A stretch of 64,000 nt of DNA, taken from an uncultured Ignavibacteriales bacterium. GTDB lineage: Bacteria; Zixibacteria; MSB-5A5; GN15; FEB-12. The translations under genes were made by a program, and so were the position numbers. Below, one piece after another: positions 1 to 8,899 of this stretch; the first letter of the stretch is position 1, and each line of letters starts with the position of its first letter. The stretch is taken from positions 101,803 to 165,802 of the forward strand of contig CAZFGK010000002.1 of the NCBI GenBank assembly GCA_964518635.1, written 5' to 3'. The notes beneath the pieces are model-generated. The model did no database searches, was not told where the DNA came from, and saw nothing but the letters and a program-made list of their open reading frames with translations.

Positions 1-729
1 TCCAAAACGTGAGGTGAAAGAATCCAGCGAACGACCCAGTGCCTTCTCCGGGTCGATTCCTGACTTTCGTGCAAACGAGGCAACAGCAAAGAGCAGGTCG
101 CCGATCTCAGATTCGAGTTTCTCAACTGACAAGTTGGATGCAACGGCTTGATCTATTTCCAGCAACTCTTCATCTATCTTCTCGCGCGCTCCCTGTGCAT
201 CCGGCCAGTCGAACCCGACCCCTCCAGCTTTCTCGCCAAGGCGAAATGCACGCGTGAGAGCGGGCATACTTTTGGGGAGACCATCCAAGAGTGACTTTTT
301 TGTCCCTGCTCGTTCCCTGCTCTTGATCTGCTCCCATTGCTCACGCACCTGATCGGGGGCGAGTTCGTTGACACTCTCAAACACATGCGGATGCCGAAAG
401 ACCAGCTTATCGACCACCTGTGCCGCGACGTCATGTAACGTGAACTCATGACGTTCTGATGCGAGTTGGGCATGAAAGACTATCTGCACCAGCAGATCCC
501 CAAGCTCTTCTTTGAGCTTGGCTGATTCACCAGATGAAATGGCATCGACTACTTCATATGATTCTTCGATGAGATATGGCGTGAGAGACTGATGGGACTG
601 TTTCCGATCCCATGCACACCCCTCGGGTGAGCGAAGAATCGACATAAGAAGGGTCAATCTCTCAATGGGTGAGAGCGATGGGTCGGTTACTCTGGCGCGG
701 AGTTGTTCCGGGGATGGTCGGTCGGTCAT
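1..729 (-). CDS. mazG: Nucleoside triphosphate pyrophosphohydrolase MazG; 3' end runs off the left window edge
   Basis: Hand translation of the minus strand from ATG (729-727) stays open to position 1. It reads MTDRPSPEQL..CAWDRKQSHQSLTPYLIEESYEVVDAI..LKEELGDLLVQIVFHAQL..VFRHPHVF..GVGFDWPDAQGAREKIDEELLEI..EIGDLLFAVASFARKSGIDPE, i.e. two MazG-type repeats. It is absent from the ORF track because there is no stop inside the window. Confidence 0.85.
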   Translation of the reverse strand, partial: MTDRPSPEQLRARVTDPSLSPIERLTLLMSILRSPEGCAWDRKQSHQSLTPYLIEESYEVVDAISSGESAKLKEELGDLLVQIVFHAQLASERHEFTLHDVAAQVVDKLVFRHPHVFESVNELAPDQVREQWEQIKSRERAGTKKSLLDGLPKSMPALTRAFRLGEKAGGVGFDWPDAQGAREKIDEELLEIDQAVASNLSVEKLESEIGDLLFAVASFARKSGIDPEKALGRSLDSFTSRFG

Positions 730-852
730 GCCTTCTGCCTATTTCGTGCAATGTGGGGGAATGATTGACTCCCTAGGCCGCTTCCGGTATCATCCCGCCC
801 CATTACAGGTAATTCCGTACACAGCAACAGCAACCTAGCGAAAGACCATCGC

Positions 853-3570
853 GTGAGCAAATCTCCGAATTCTCCCGGCGAGGGGGAGCAGCAGCAGTCT
901 GGTGAGAGCACTGAGAAAAAGTCAGTGGCGTATGATCCCCATGAAGGTGAGACTCGTCTCTATGACGGCTGGGTTTCGCAGGGGCTGTTCCATGCCGATG
1001 TGAATTCATCCAAGCCCCCTTATACTATTGTTATCCCGCCGCCGAATGTGACCGCGATTCTGCACTTGGGGCATGCCCTCAATAACACCATTCAGGATAT
1101 TCTGATTCGGACTCGCCGCATGCAGGGGTATGAAGCAGAATGGCTCCCCGGCACTGATCATGCCGGGATTGCAACGCAGGTGCTCGTTGAAAAGCAGCTT
1201 CGCAAAGAGGGGATCGATCGCCGCACGATCGGACGTGAAAAATTTCTCGAACGGACCACTGAATGGGCGGACAAGAATAAATTTGCAATTCTGAATCAGC
1301 TTCGAAAGATCGGCTCTAGTGCCGACTGGGATCGCACCCGCTATACCCTCGACCCGCAGTTGTCCCGTGCGGTCTTTGTGGTTTTCAAACATCTCTTTGA
1401 GAAGGGGCTGATCTATAAAGGGAAACGAATTGTCAACTGGTGCCCGACTGACCGAACGACTCTGTCAGATGATGAAGTCGAACATCAGGATCAGAATAGC
1501 TTTCTCTGGCAGATACGTTACAAACTCAAAGGGGCGGATGAATATCTGACCGTCGCAACTACGCGTCCGGAAACACTTCTTGGGGACACCGCACTCGCAG
1601 TGAATCCGAAAGACCCGCGCTACAAGAAATATATCGGGCAGAGTGTCCTCTTGCCGATCATGGATCGGGAAATTCCGGTTATCGGCGATACCTATATCGA
1701 CATGAACTTCGGTACCGGTGTGCTAAAGGTCACTCCCGCGCACGATACCAATGACTTTGAGATCGCGCGTCGCCATGATCTGCCAGAACTGAATATTCTC
1801 AATCCGGACGGCACCTTAAATGAAAACACCGGCAAATTCAAAGGATTGAAAGTCGCCGAAGCCCGCGAGCAGGTACTCGAAGAGCTTCGCAATCGAAAGT
1901 TGCTTGCTAAAGAAGAGCCGTATGTGCTGCCAGCGAGAATCTGCTATCGCTGCGGTTCGAAGATTGAGCCGTATCTGTCGGAACAATGGTTCGTAAAGAT
2001 GGGGCCACTTTCCGAACCGGCGATTCAGGCGGTGAAAAGTGGCACTCTCAGATTCCATCCCGAGTATTGGACGAAAACCTATCTCCACTGGATGGAGAAT
2101 ATCCGTGACTGGTGTATTTCACGGCAGCTCTGGTGGGGGCATCGGATTCCGGTCTGGTATGCAACCGACGGAACGATGTTTGTCTCGCAGGAAAGACCAC
2201 TCGCTTCAGAGTGCGTGAAAAACGGAAAGCAGTACGATCCTGCGACACTCACGCAGGATGAGGACGTGCTCGATACGTGGTTCTCATCATGGCTCTGGCC
2301 CTTCTCTACTTTTGGATGGCCGGATGAAACCCCTGAGATGAAAAAGTTCTATCCGACCAACACGCTGGTCACCGCCTCGGAGATTATTTTCCTCTGGGTG
2401 GCGCGTATGGTGATGGCCGGGTATGAATTTGTCGGTAAGTGTCCGTTCAATGATGTCTACATTCACGGGACTGTGCGTGACGAACGCGGACTCAAAATGT
2501 CGAAATCACTCGGCAACGGAATCGACCCGCTTGAGATTATCGAGAAGTACGGCACCGATGCGCTTCGTATGTCACTGGTACTGGTCTCTCCGGATGGACA
2601 GGACCCGAATGTCGGACGCAACACCTTTGAACTTGGACGGAACTTTTCAAATAAGCTGTATCAGGCCTCCCGTTTTGTGATGATGCGCTCTGAAGGGATT
2701 GCAATTCCTGCCTTCGCGTCATTAAAGTCATCCGACTTGATGCTCTTTGACAGATGGATTCTTTCACGACTGGCGCGCACCATCGAGCAGACCAGCCGCA
2801 CGACCGATGAGTTCCGTCTGTTTGCGACGGCGAAGACCCTCTACTCATTTGTGTGGGATGATTACTGCTCATGGTATCTGGAGCTAATCAAACCAGATCA
2901 GCAGGGAGAATCGATCCGCGCGCAATCACTCTCTGTGGCAAATTATGTTCTCGAAGAGATTCTTCGACTTCTGCATCCGTTTGTGCCGTTTGTGACGGAG
3001 GAGATATTCCAACAACTGCGAGATGACCGCACCGCGAGCGTGGTACGCGGCCCGTGGGCGAATCTTCGCACTGCGGACATTGATCTCGACTTAGAAAATC
3101 GATTGAAACTGATTCAGGATTTGGTGGTGGCAGTTCGTTCGTTGCGTTCGGAGTTGAATGTCCCCCCTTCGAAGAAATCTGATCTGCATATCCGCGCCGG
3201 TTCTCCGGAAACAGCGAAACTGCTTGAAGAGTATTCGAGTTACTTCCGGTCGCTTGCAAAGGTCGAGAAGCTGGAATGCGGCATCGATGTCAAACGACCG
3301 GCATTGTCTGCCTCGGCGGTAATATCAGGAGCGGAATTGTTCGTGCCACTGGCAGGACTCATTGATGTCGATCAGGAACGAGCGCGATTGAACAAGCAGC
3401 TGTCTGAATTGAAAGACGCGCTTGAGAAATTGTCCCGCAAACTCGCCAATGCCGATTTTCTCGCCAAAGCCGCTGCGGATGTGATCGATAAAGAAAAGGG
3501 GAAAAAGGCGGACTACGAAGAACGAATTGAAAAGCTGAACAAGAATCTGGAGCAGTTAGTGGGGTGGTGA
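853..3570 (+). CDS. valS: Valine--tRNA ligase
   Basis: 905-aa ORF with a class I HIGH-type motif (ILHLGHALN), KMSKS (LKMSKSLGN) and a ValRS-type C-terminal coiled coil (RARLNKQLSELKDALEKLSRKLAN). Ends with TGA. Confidence 0.97.
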   Translation: MSKSPNSPGEGEQQQSGESTEKKSVAYDPHEGETRLYDGWVSQGLFHADVNSSKPPYTIVIPPPNVTAILHLGHALNNTIQDILIRTRRMQGYEAEWLPGTDHAGIATQVLVEKQLRKEGIDRRTIGREKFLERTTEWADKNKFAILNQLRKIGSSADWDRTRYTLDPQLSRAVFVVFKHLFEKGLIYKGKRIVNWCPTDRTTLSDDEVEHQDQNSFLWQIRYKLKGADEYLTVATTRPETLLGDTALAVNPKDPRYKKYIGQSVLLPIMDREIPVIGDTYIDMNFGTGVLKVTPAHDTNDFEIARRHDLPELNILNPDGTLNENTGKFKGLKVAEAREQVLEELRNRKLLAKEEPYVLPARICYRCGSKIEPYLSEQWFVKMGPLSEPAIQAVKSGTLRFHPEYWTKTYLHWMENIRDWCISRQLWWGHRIPVWYATDGTMFVSQERPLASECVKNGKQYDPATLTQDEDVLDTWFSSWLWPFSTFGWPDETPEMKKFYPTNTLVTASEIIFLWVARMVMAGYEFVGKCPFNDVYIHGTVRDERGLKMSKSLGNGIDPLEIIEKYGTDALRMSLVLVSPDGQDPNVGRNTFELGRNFSNKLYQASRFVMMRSEGIAIPAFASLKSSDLMLFDRWILSRLARTIEQTSRTTDEFRLFATAKTLYSFVWDDYCSWYLELIKPDQQGESIRAQSLSVANYVLEEILRLLHPFVPFVTEEIFQQLRDDRTASVVRGPWANLRTADIDLDLENRLKLIQDLVVAVRSLRSELNVPPSKKSDLHIRAGSPETAKLLEEYSSYFRSLAKVEKLECGIDVKRPALSASAVISGAELFVPLAGLIDVDQERARLNKQLSELKDALEKLSRKLANADFLAKAAADVIDKEKGKKADYEERIEKLNKNLEQLVGW

Positions 3571-3633
3571 GTTTGTTACGATCAGCGAATGTGATTTCAA
3601 TTTACCCAAAAAAGTGTTGATCATTACAGCCAG

Positions 3634-4260
3634 ATGAAAGAGACAACATCCCCCTCCCCTCATCTCCATCTCTCCTCCGCCTGTTCGTTCATGGCGGAAT
3701 TGATTGCTTCTTACGGTGAATGTGCCCTCAAGCCACAACCTGCCGGGTTTCATCACCTCGTCAAGATCATCGCCAACCAACAACTCTCCGGCAAAGCGGC
3801 CGCGACTATTTATGGTCGGGTGGAAAAGCTGGTCGGCGGAAAAGTCACCCCCGAGCGGATTCTCGCTGCCAAGGAGAAAGATCTTCGCGCTGCGGGATTG
3901 TCATTCTCTAAGATCGCATCCGCGAAAGCAGCGGCAACTGCGGTTCAAACAAAGCAGCTAAAGCTGAACGCCTTCGCAAAGATGACGAATGAAGAGATCA
4001 GCGAAGCAATCACCGCCGTCAAAGGGCTTGGTCCCTGGTCGGCGCAAATGTATCTGATGTTCGTGCTGGTGCGCCCTGATATTCTCCCGCTGGGTGATCT
4101 GGGGATTCGAACCGCGCTCAAGAAAAGATACAAACTGAAGGACAGCCACTTCCCCGATTCGAGAAAGCTGCGCACCATAAGTGAACGCTGGAAGCCGTTC
4201 CGGACTTACGCCTCCTGGTATCTCTGGCGGTCTCTCGAACCAGTGCCAGAGAAAACGTGA
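3634..4260 (+). CDS. HhH-GPD family DNA glycosylase (DNA-3-methyladenine glycosylase II-like)
   Basis: 208 aa with the pattern IIANQQLSGKAAATIYGRV..LRAAGLSFSKI..VKGLGPWSAQMYLMFVLVRPDILPLGDLGIR, typical of AlkA-type helix-hairpin-helix glycosylases. The start is uncertain (an internal Met lies 19 codons in). Confidence 0.8.
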   Translation: MKETTSPSPHLHLSSACSFMAELIASYGECALKPQPAGFHHLVKIIANQQLSGKAAATIYGRVEKLVGGKVTPERILAAKEKDLRAAGLSFSKIASAKAAATAVQTKQLKLNAFAKMTNEEISEAITAVKGLGPWSAQMYLMFVLVRPDILPLGDLGIRTALKKRYKLKDSHFPDSRKLRTISERWKPFRTYASWYLWRSLEPVPEKT

Positions 4261-4277
4261 CGCGCGTTTTTCAGAAA

Positions 4278-4558
4278 TGAAAAGCTACAACGATCTTCGA
4301 AAACAATTCCCACGCGATATCTTTCAGCAGGTCATGCAGTACATTGCGTGGCAGAATCGTCTCTCGATGACCGCGATTGTCACTCTCCCGCAGGCAATCG
4401 CACTCGCACAGTTGCTGGAAAGCCACCCGGGAAAGATGATTGATGAGTTTCAGTATGCAGTGATCAAGGAGACCTTTCTCAATAATCCAAATGTTGAGCA
4501 GGACTCTGATCAGATCACACAATTGTCGGAAGCGTTGAAGTCTGCCTTACATTGGTAG
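4278..4558 (+). CDS. Hypothetical small protein
   Basis: ATG at 4278 (MKSYNDLRKQF...) is preferred over the track start at 4181, which overlaps the glycosylase gene. A terminator hairpin follows. No recognisable motif. Confidence 0.4.
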
Positions 4559-4587
4559 CCCGCTCCCTTTAGGGGCGGGTTCTTTTT
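4559..4587 (+). terminator. Rho-independent terminator hairpin, member of the GGTAGCC..CCCC-TTTA-GGGGCGGG repeat family
   Basis: CCCGC(T)CCC-TTTA-GGGGCGGG forms an 8-bp stem with one bulge, followed by TTCTTTTT, immediately after the stop at 4556-4558. Confidence 0.55.
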
Positions 4588-4728
4588 ATCTGTGGGCGGC
4601 AGACGCCCTCGTCTGCCCCTCTTCTCACCCTGAGCCTGTCGAAGGGTCTGCTTTCTCTTCGGTGCCCCACTGCGTATGCAAGCGCAGCCTGCAGAGCGTT
4701 TGGTTCCAGGTCTGTATTTCTTCCGGAT

Positions 4729-4977
4729 TAGGTGGCGTACCCCTTTCAAGGTGCGAAGTCAGTGAAGCACCTTTCGCGATTCTGCGGCTCGAATTATGCC
4801 GCACCCGACTACCGCCAATCACCCGCGCATGCAACCAGTCCGCGACAATAGTGACGATTCAGACAGCGGTCATCGTCCAAATGGAAGAGTCTATTCATTG
4901 ATTTGAAAACACGAGAGGCTCACCACGTTCGTCGATCACATCACTGACTTCGCACCCTAAAACGGGTGCGCCACCCA
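4729..4977. mobile_element. MITE-like element, copy A (~250 bp, hairpin-containing terminal inverted repeats)
   Basis: Left end is TAGGTGGCGTACCCCTTTCAAGGTGCGAAGTCAGTGAAGC. Right end is TCACTGACTTCGCACCCTAAAACGGGTGCGCCACCCA, its inverted complement. The interior aligns along its length with copy B at 6197-6448, with non-triplet indels. Confidence 0.55.
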
Positions 4978-5031
4978 ACCAAATCGACGGAAGGCGATGG
5001 AAAACAATAGGGTACAGCTGATCAACAGATC

Positions 5032-5343
5032 CTATTTCACTTGTTTTGATACCTTGATGTACTCCTGTAGCGCTTCCATATAGCCCGCGTAAGCTTTTCG
5101 CCCTACGGCCGTAAGCGTAAAGCGAGTCTTCGGCTTTCTGTCCTCAAATTGTTTCGTCGCACGTATGTATTTGGCCTCTTCCAGCTTGAGGAGATGGGTG
5201 CTCAGATTTCCATCGGTTGCGCCGGTCAAATCTCGTAGAAATACGAAATCCGCCTCCCGGACACTGACTAGGATTGTCATCACTGCCAATCGTAGCGGTG
5301 CGTGTATCACGAGATCAAGCGCTTCTAAGGGTTTCATTATCAT
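5032..5343 (-). CDS. Winged-helix transcriptional regulator (HTH_34/ArsR-like)
   Basis: 103 aa with LVIHAPLRLAVMTILVSVREADFVFLRDLTGATDGNLSTHLLKLEEAKYIRATKQFEDRKPKTRFTLTAVGRKAY, the classic winged-helix pattern. Confidence 0.7.
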   Translation of the reverse strand: MIMKPLEALDLVIHAPLRLAVMTILVSVREADFVFLRDLTGATDGNLSTHLLKLEEAKYIRATKQFEDRKPKTRFTLTAVGRKAYAGYMEALQEYIKVSKQVK

Positions 5344-5349
5344 TGGACG

Positions 5350-5994
5350 TCATTTTGCATTCAGGCTACGCACGCTTCGCCACAAAAGGTATCCGGGAAT
5401 TAAGTAACCCGGAATCACGATGGATGCCATAATCAAGGGATAGTATTTGTCGGGGAGTAGCATCATAATGACAGCCCCGTACCACCAGGACAATCCGCCC
5501 ATCTTGAACGACAATAGCCCCATGATATGTCCCGAAGAATAGACCGCAATCCCTGCCAGTATAGAAATCAGAACGTACGTCGCTCGCGGTGGGAAATAGT
5601 GTAAGATAGGATTGCCAAACACGATTACCGCGGCAGCTATCCCAGTGGCGAGCCACACGCCATCGTAGGTATGTTCCGAATGGGTCTGAACATGCGCACG
5701 GTTTCGATGACGACCCATTAGAATTACACTAATAATACCTCCTATCGGCATCAGGATTGCCCATGGAAGCCAGATGTCCCGCCCGGGATCCCTCTGTTCC
5801 AATATGTAGGTTAATATGCAAGCGACAAATAGTAGCGCGCCCCACACGAAATAAAAAGCGCTCCTATCGACTACCGTGGATTTGGTACGCGCGATCATTT
5901 CACTTGCTATTGCCAGCATCTTTTGGGCGTCCGAATCTTGCTCACGAGAGTTTTCCATCTTTATCCTTTCCGTTGTCAAAGTACTTTGCAACAC
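5350..5994 (-). CDS. Integral membrane protein (about 5 TM helices), co-oriented with the regulator
   Basis: 214 aa with several long hydrophobic segments (FYFVWGALLFVACILTYIL, WLPWAILMPIGGIISVILM, and others). A 6-nt gap separates it from the downstream regulator gene. Confidence 0.6.
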   Translation of the reverse strand: MLQSTLTTERIKMENSREQDSDAQKMLAIASEMIARTKSTVVDRSAFYFVWGALLFVACILTYILEQRDPGRDIWLPWAILMPIGGIISVILMGRHRNRAHVQTHSEHTYDGVWLATGIAAAVIVFGNPILHYFPPRATYVLISILAGIAVYSSGHIMGLLSFKMGGLSWWYGAVIMMLLPDKYYPLIMASIVIPGYLIPGYLLWRSVRSLNAK

Positions 5995-6196
5995 AAAGTA
6001 TATAGAGCATACGTTATTTGCAAGTATTTTGTTACAAGAGACTCTAATTCAAGATGTATATTTCAATCACGGTGCAAAGGCGACTACATTGAAGTCCGGG
6101 CTAGACCCCATTGCACGAGTATTCTGATCCTTTGAGGACCGGTGGCCTAGTTGATCACTTTGCTCCTCTTTTGTGGCCCGGGCTTGCGACCCGGGC

Positions 6197-6448
6197 TAGG
6201 TGGCGCACCCCTTTTAGGGTGCAAAATCAGTGAAGCACCTTACACGTTTCTACGGCTCGAATTATGCCAACTCTATCTTCACGAATCACCCTCGCGTGCA
6301 ACCAATCTGCGACAAAAAGTAACAGTTCAGACAGTGGGTAATCGTTGAAATGGAAGAGTCTGTTCATTGATTTTAAAATACGAGGGACTTACAGCGTTCG
6401 TCGATCACATCACTGATTTCGCACCCCAAAAGGGGTGCGCCATCCACC
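6197..6448. mobile_element. MITE-like element, copy B
   Basis: TAGGTGGCGCACCCCTTTTAGGGTGCAAAATCAGTGAAGC ... TCACTGATTTCGCACCCCAAAAGGGGTGCGCCATCCACC, in the same orientation and with the same internal blocks as copy A (CGGCTCGAATTATGCC, TGCAACCA, AAATGGAAGAGTCT.TTCATTGATTT, CGTTCGTCGATCACATCACTGA). Confidence 0.55.
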
Positions 6449-6490
6449 GGTCTCTTGCAGGAACTCACTAAACTTTAGTACGATGTCGCT

Positions 6491-7957
6491 GTGACTAGTA
6501 AATTAAAACGCTTAGCTCAGATGGTACTCTTGTCACTTGCCGCTATGGTGTGTTGCCTTGCAGCGTTTGTCTGGCTGCATCTGCCTGACTCTCAACCGCC
6601 CACATTCCCAAGACACATCATTGATGATGTTGCAATGATGCATCCAACTCGGGTGGACAGTTTGTTCACAATTGTCTCTGAGCAGGAGATTGGAGATGCC
6701 ATTCGCTACGCCCAATCTAAGGGTTTGCGAATTTCTATAGCGGGTCGGAGGCATAGCATGGGAGGCCATACGCTGACGCCTCAAGGGGTCACACTCCTCA
6801 TGACTGAATTTAATGACGTTTTGTCTTTTGATTCGGCATCGCAAACTGTCACCGTTCAAAGCGGGATTACCTGGGATACACTTCAGGCATATTTGAATCA
6901 GATTGGTTACGCGGTCATGTCGATGCAGGGGCCAAATATCTTTACTGTGGGTGGTTCGATGAGTGTCAACGCGCATGGTTGGGCTAAATTCAAGGAGCAG
7001 GTCGGAGAGAGCATCGTCTCTTTCAGACTGGTGCTTGCCGATGGTACCATTGCAACTTGTTCGCCATTTGAAAACGTTGAGCTCTTCAAACTTGCAATCG
7101 GTGGTTTCGGACTTTTCGGAGTTATCTCGGACGTCACCCTCCGAGTCGTAGAGAATGACATGCTTGCGCGATCCATTCGTCAGGTACGCGTGACTGATAT
7201 CGAGAAGATTTTTCGTTCAGAGTATGAACTTGATAGTAGCAGCGTCTTTTTTCATGCGGATCTTTCGATCGCTCCATCGAGCTTATTGCAAGAAGGGACA
7301 TTCTCTATTTTTCAGCGATTGCCTTTCGGTACTGATTCCATCAGCGTGACGATACAGCCTGAAAACAATGTAAATCGTGACCGGTTTTTTCTTCACCTAT
7401 CGCGACAATACGATTGGGGGAAAGAGCTGCGCTGGTGGCTACAAAAAAAACTCGTTCGCGGAGACACCCTCTCTCGAAACAACACGATGCATTCACCCTA
7501 TCAGCGACTCCAATACTATTCTCCAGAGAACGCCGACATATTGCAGGAGTATTTTGTACCAAGTGGGCGTGTTGTTTCTTTCTCGGACAAGCTTAGAGAA
7601 ATTGTCTCTTCAAGCAAGGCAAACCTCATTAACTGCACCGTACGGTCAATCCGGAAAAGTGAAGTCCCTTTCTTGAACTATGCAAAACAGGAAGGATTTG
7701 GTTTTGTGCTCTACCTAAATGTGCGAAAGGACAGTACCGGAAGAGCCGCTGACTCCCTTCTTACATCAAAGCTAATTGATGCCTGTCTGTCAGATTCAGG
7801 CACTTTCTATCTTCCCTATTTACCTTTCTACTCGGCTAAGCAGCTTCGAACTGCGTATCCGGAGATTGACGAATTCATAAGACTGAAAATTCAGTACGAT
7901 CCGAATGAACTCTTCGGGAGTCTTTTTTACGAGAGACTCAAAGCTCTGCTCCATTGA
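6491..7957 (+). CDS. Membrane-anchored FAD-binding (PCMH-type) oxidoreductase
   Basis: 488 aa with an N-terminal TM helix, the FAD_binding_4-like motif RISIAGRRHSMGGHTL and a C-terminal YDPNELFGSLFY typical of FAD-linked oxidases. Confidence 0.75.
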   Translation: MTSKLKRLAQMVLLSLAAMVCCLAAFVWLHLPDSQPPTFPRHIIDDVAMMHPTRVDSLFTIVSEQEIGDAIRYAQSKGLRISIAGRRHSMGGHTLTPQGVTLLMTEFNDVLSFDSASQTVTVQSGITWDTLQAYLNQIGYAVMSMQGPNIFTVGGSMSVNAHGWAKFKEQVGESIVSFRLVLADGTIATCSPFENVELFKLAIGGFGLFGVISDVTLRVVENDMLARSIRQVRVTDIEKIFRSEYELDSSSVFFHADLSIAPSSLLQEGTFSIFQRLPFGTDSISVTIQPENNVNRDRFFLHLSRQYDWGKELRWWLQKKLVRGDTLSRNNTMHSPYQRLQYYSPENADILQEYFVPSGRVVSFSDKLREIVSSSKANLINCTVRSIRKSEVPFLNYAKQEGFGFVLYLNVRKDSTGRAADSLLTSKLIDACLSDSGTFYLPYLPFYSAKQLRTAYPEIDEFIRLKIQYDPNELFGSLFYERLKALLH

Positions 7958-8344
7958 GCCACTCGCTCCCCCCCTCCAAAAACATATTGACTCTCACCCC
8001 TGAATCCACCACTTTTTGGGTTCTATGAGGCAGATGTTGACCCCTGTGTGTTCATTGCCGGAGAGTAGAATCCGGACAGGTCGTCTGTTCTCTGAAAGCC
8101 AATACTCTGGGCGCCAATATTCCGTGAGGCAATCTTCTGGGCGCCCCTACCATCTCATCCAACCCGAGCAACAACCCCTCCCTCTAGTCATGGTCAGGAT
8201 AAAACCTGTCCGCCGGAGCCACCCCCTACCAACGCCTGTTTTCATAGGCTAACCAGGGGGGACGGAGCCAGACCACGCGATGAACGGAAACCAGACGACA
8301 ATGAGTCCGAACCTTCCCTTCCCCGCGCGGTTGCAGGTGAACGT

Positions 8345-8875
8345 ATGACCCCCTTCGCCGAACCGACACTCATCAATCGAAACGTCCTCATGCTCAATCA
8401 GAACTATGAGCCGCTGACGGTCTGTTCTGCCCGACGGGCGATTGTCCTCGTTTTTCAGGGGAAGGCCGAGTTGATCGAAACTACCGAAGGGCTGTTTATG
8501 ACCTCGGTGCGGAGTCAGTTTGCGCTTCCGTCGGTGGTGCGGTTGTCGCAGTATCGACGGGTGCCGTACAAGCGGATCATGCTGACGAGGAAAAATGTCA
8601 TCATGCGGGACGGGCACAAATGCCAGTACTGCGGGACCTCACGCGGGCCGATGACGGTCGATCATGTACTGCCGCGCACGCGCAAAGGACCGGATTCGTG
8701 GGAGAATATGGTTTGCGCCTGTGTACGTTGTAATAATTCCAAAGGGGATCGTACGCCGGAAGAGGCGGGGTTACATCTGAAGAAACGGCCGACGCGGCCG
8801 TCACATATTCATTTTATCCAACGTCATATCGGTACTGCCGACACCAGATGGCGACCGTATCTGTTTATGGATTAG
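8345..8875 (+). CDS. HNH endonuclease
   Basis: 176 aa with DGHKCQYCG..MTVDHVLPRTRKGPDSWENMVCACVRCNNSKGDRTPEEAG, i.e. the HNH/ZnF motif. Its last ~20 codons are repeated downstream (see the repeat features). Confidence 0.85.
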   Translation: MTPFAEPTLINRNVLMLNQNYEPLTVCSARRAIVLVFQGKAELIETTEGLFMTSVRSQFALPSVVRLSQYRRVPYKRIMLTRKNVIMRDGHKCQYCGTSRGPMTVDHVLPRTRKGPDSWENMVCACVRCNNSKGDRTPEEAGLHLKKRPTRPSHIHFIQRHIGTADTRWRPYLFMD

Positions 8876-8885
8876 GCGGGCTTTG
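8810..8885 (+). repeat. Direct repeat copy 1 (the genuine 3' end of the HNH gene plus 10 bp)
   Basis: CATTTTATCCAACGTCATATCGGTACTGCCGACACCAGATGGCGACCGTATCTGTTTATGGATTAGGCGGGCTTTG. Confidence 0.9.
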
Positions 8886-8899
8886 CCGTTTTTGGGGTT

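Noticed and set aside
172-729. An apparent frameshift in mazG at the T-run near 296-301. On a first pass the two MazG halves seemed to lie in different frames, and the ORF track shows only an unrelated 99-aa ORF here.
   Set aside because: Codon-by-codon re-reading shows six T (not seven) and a single open frame from 729 to position 1. The gene is missing from the track only because it has no stop inside the window.
4662-4901. 79-aa and 65-aa ORFs (the second at 6151-6348) inside the two MITE-like copies, with similar-looking translations.
   Set aside because: The two DNA copies differ by non-triplet indels, so the reading frame is not conserved. The similarity is at nucleotide level only.
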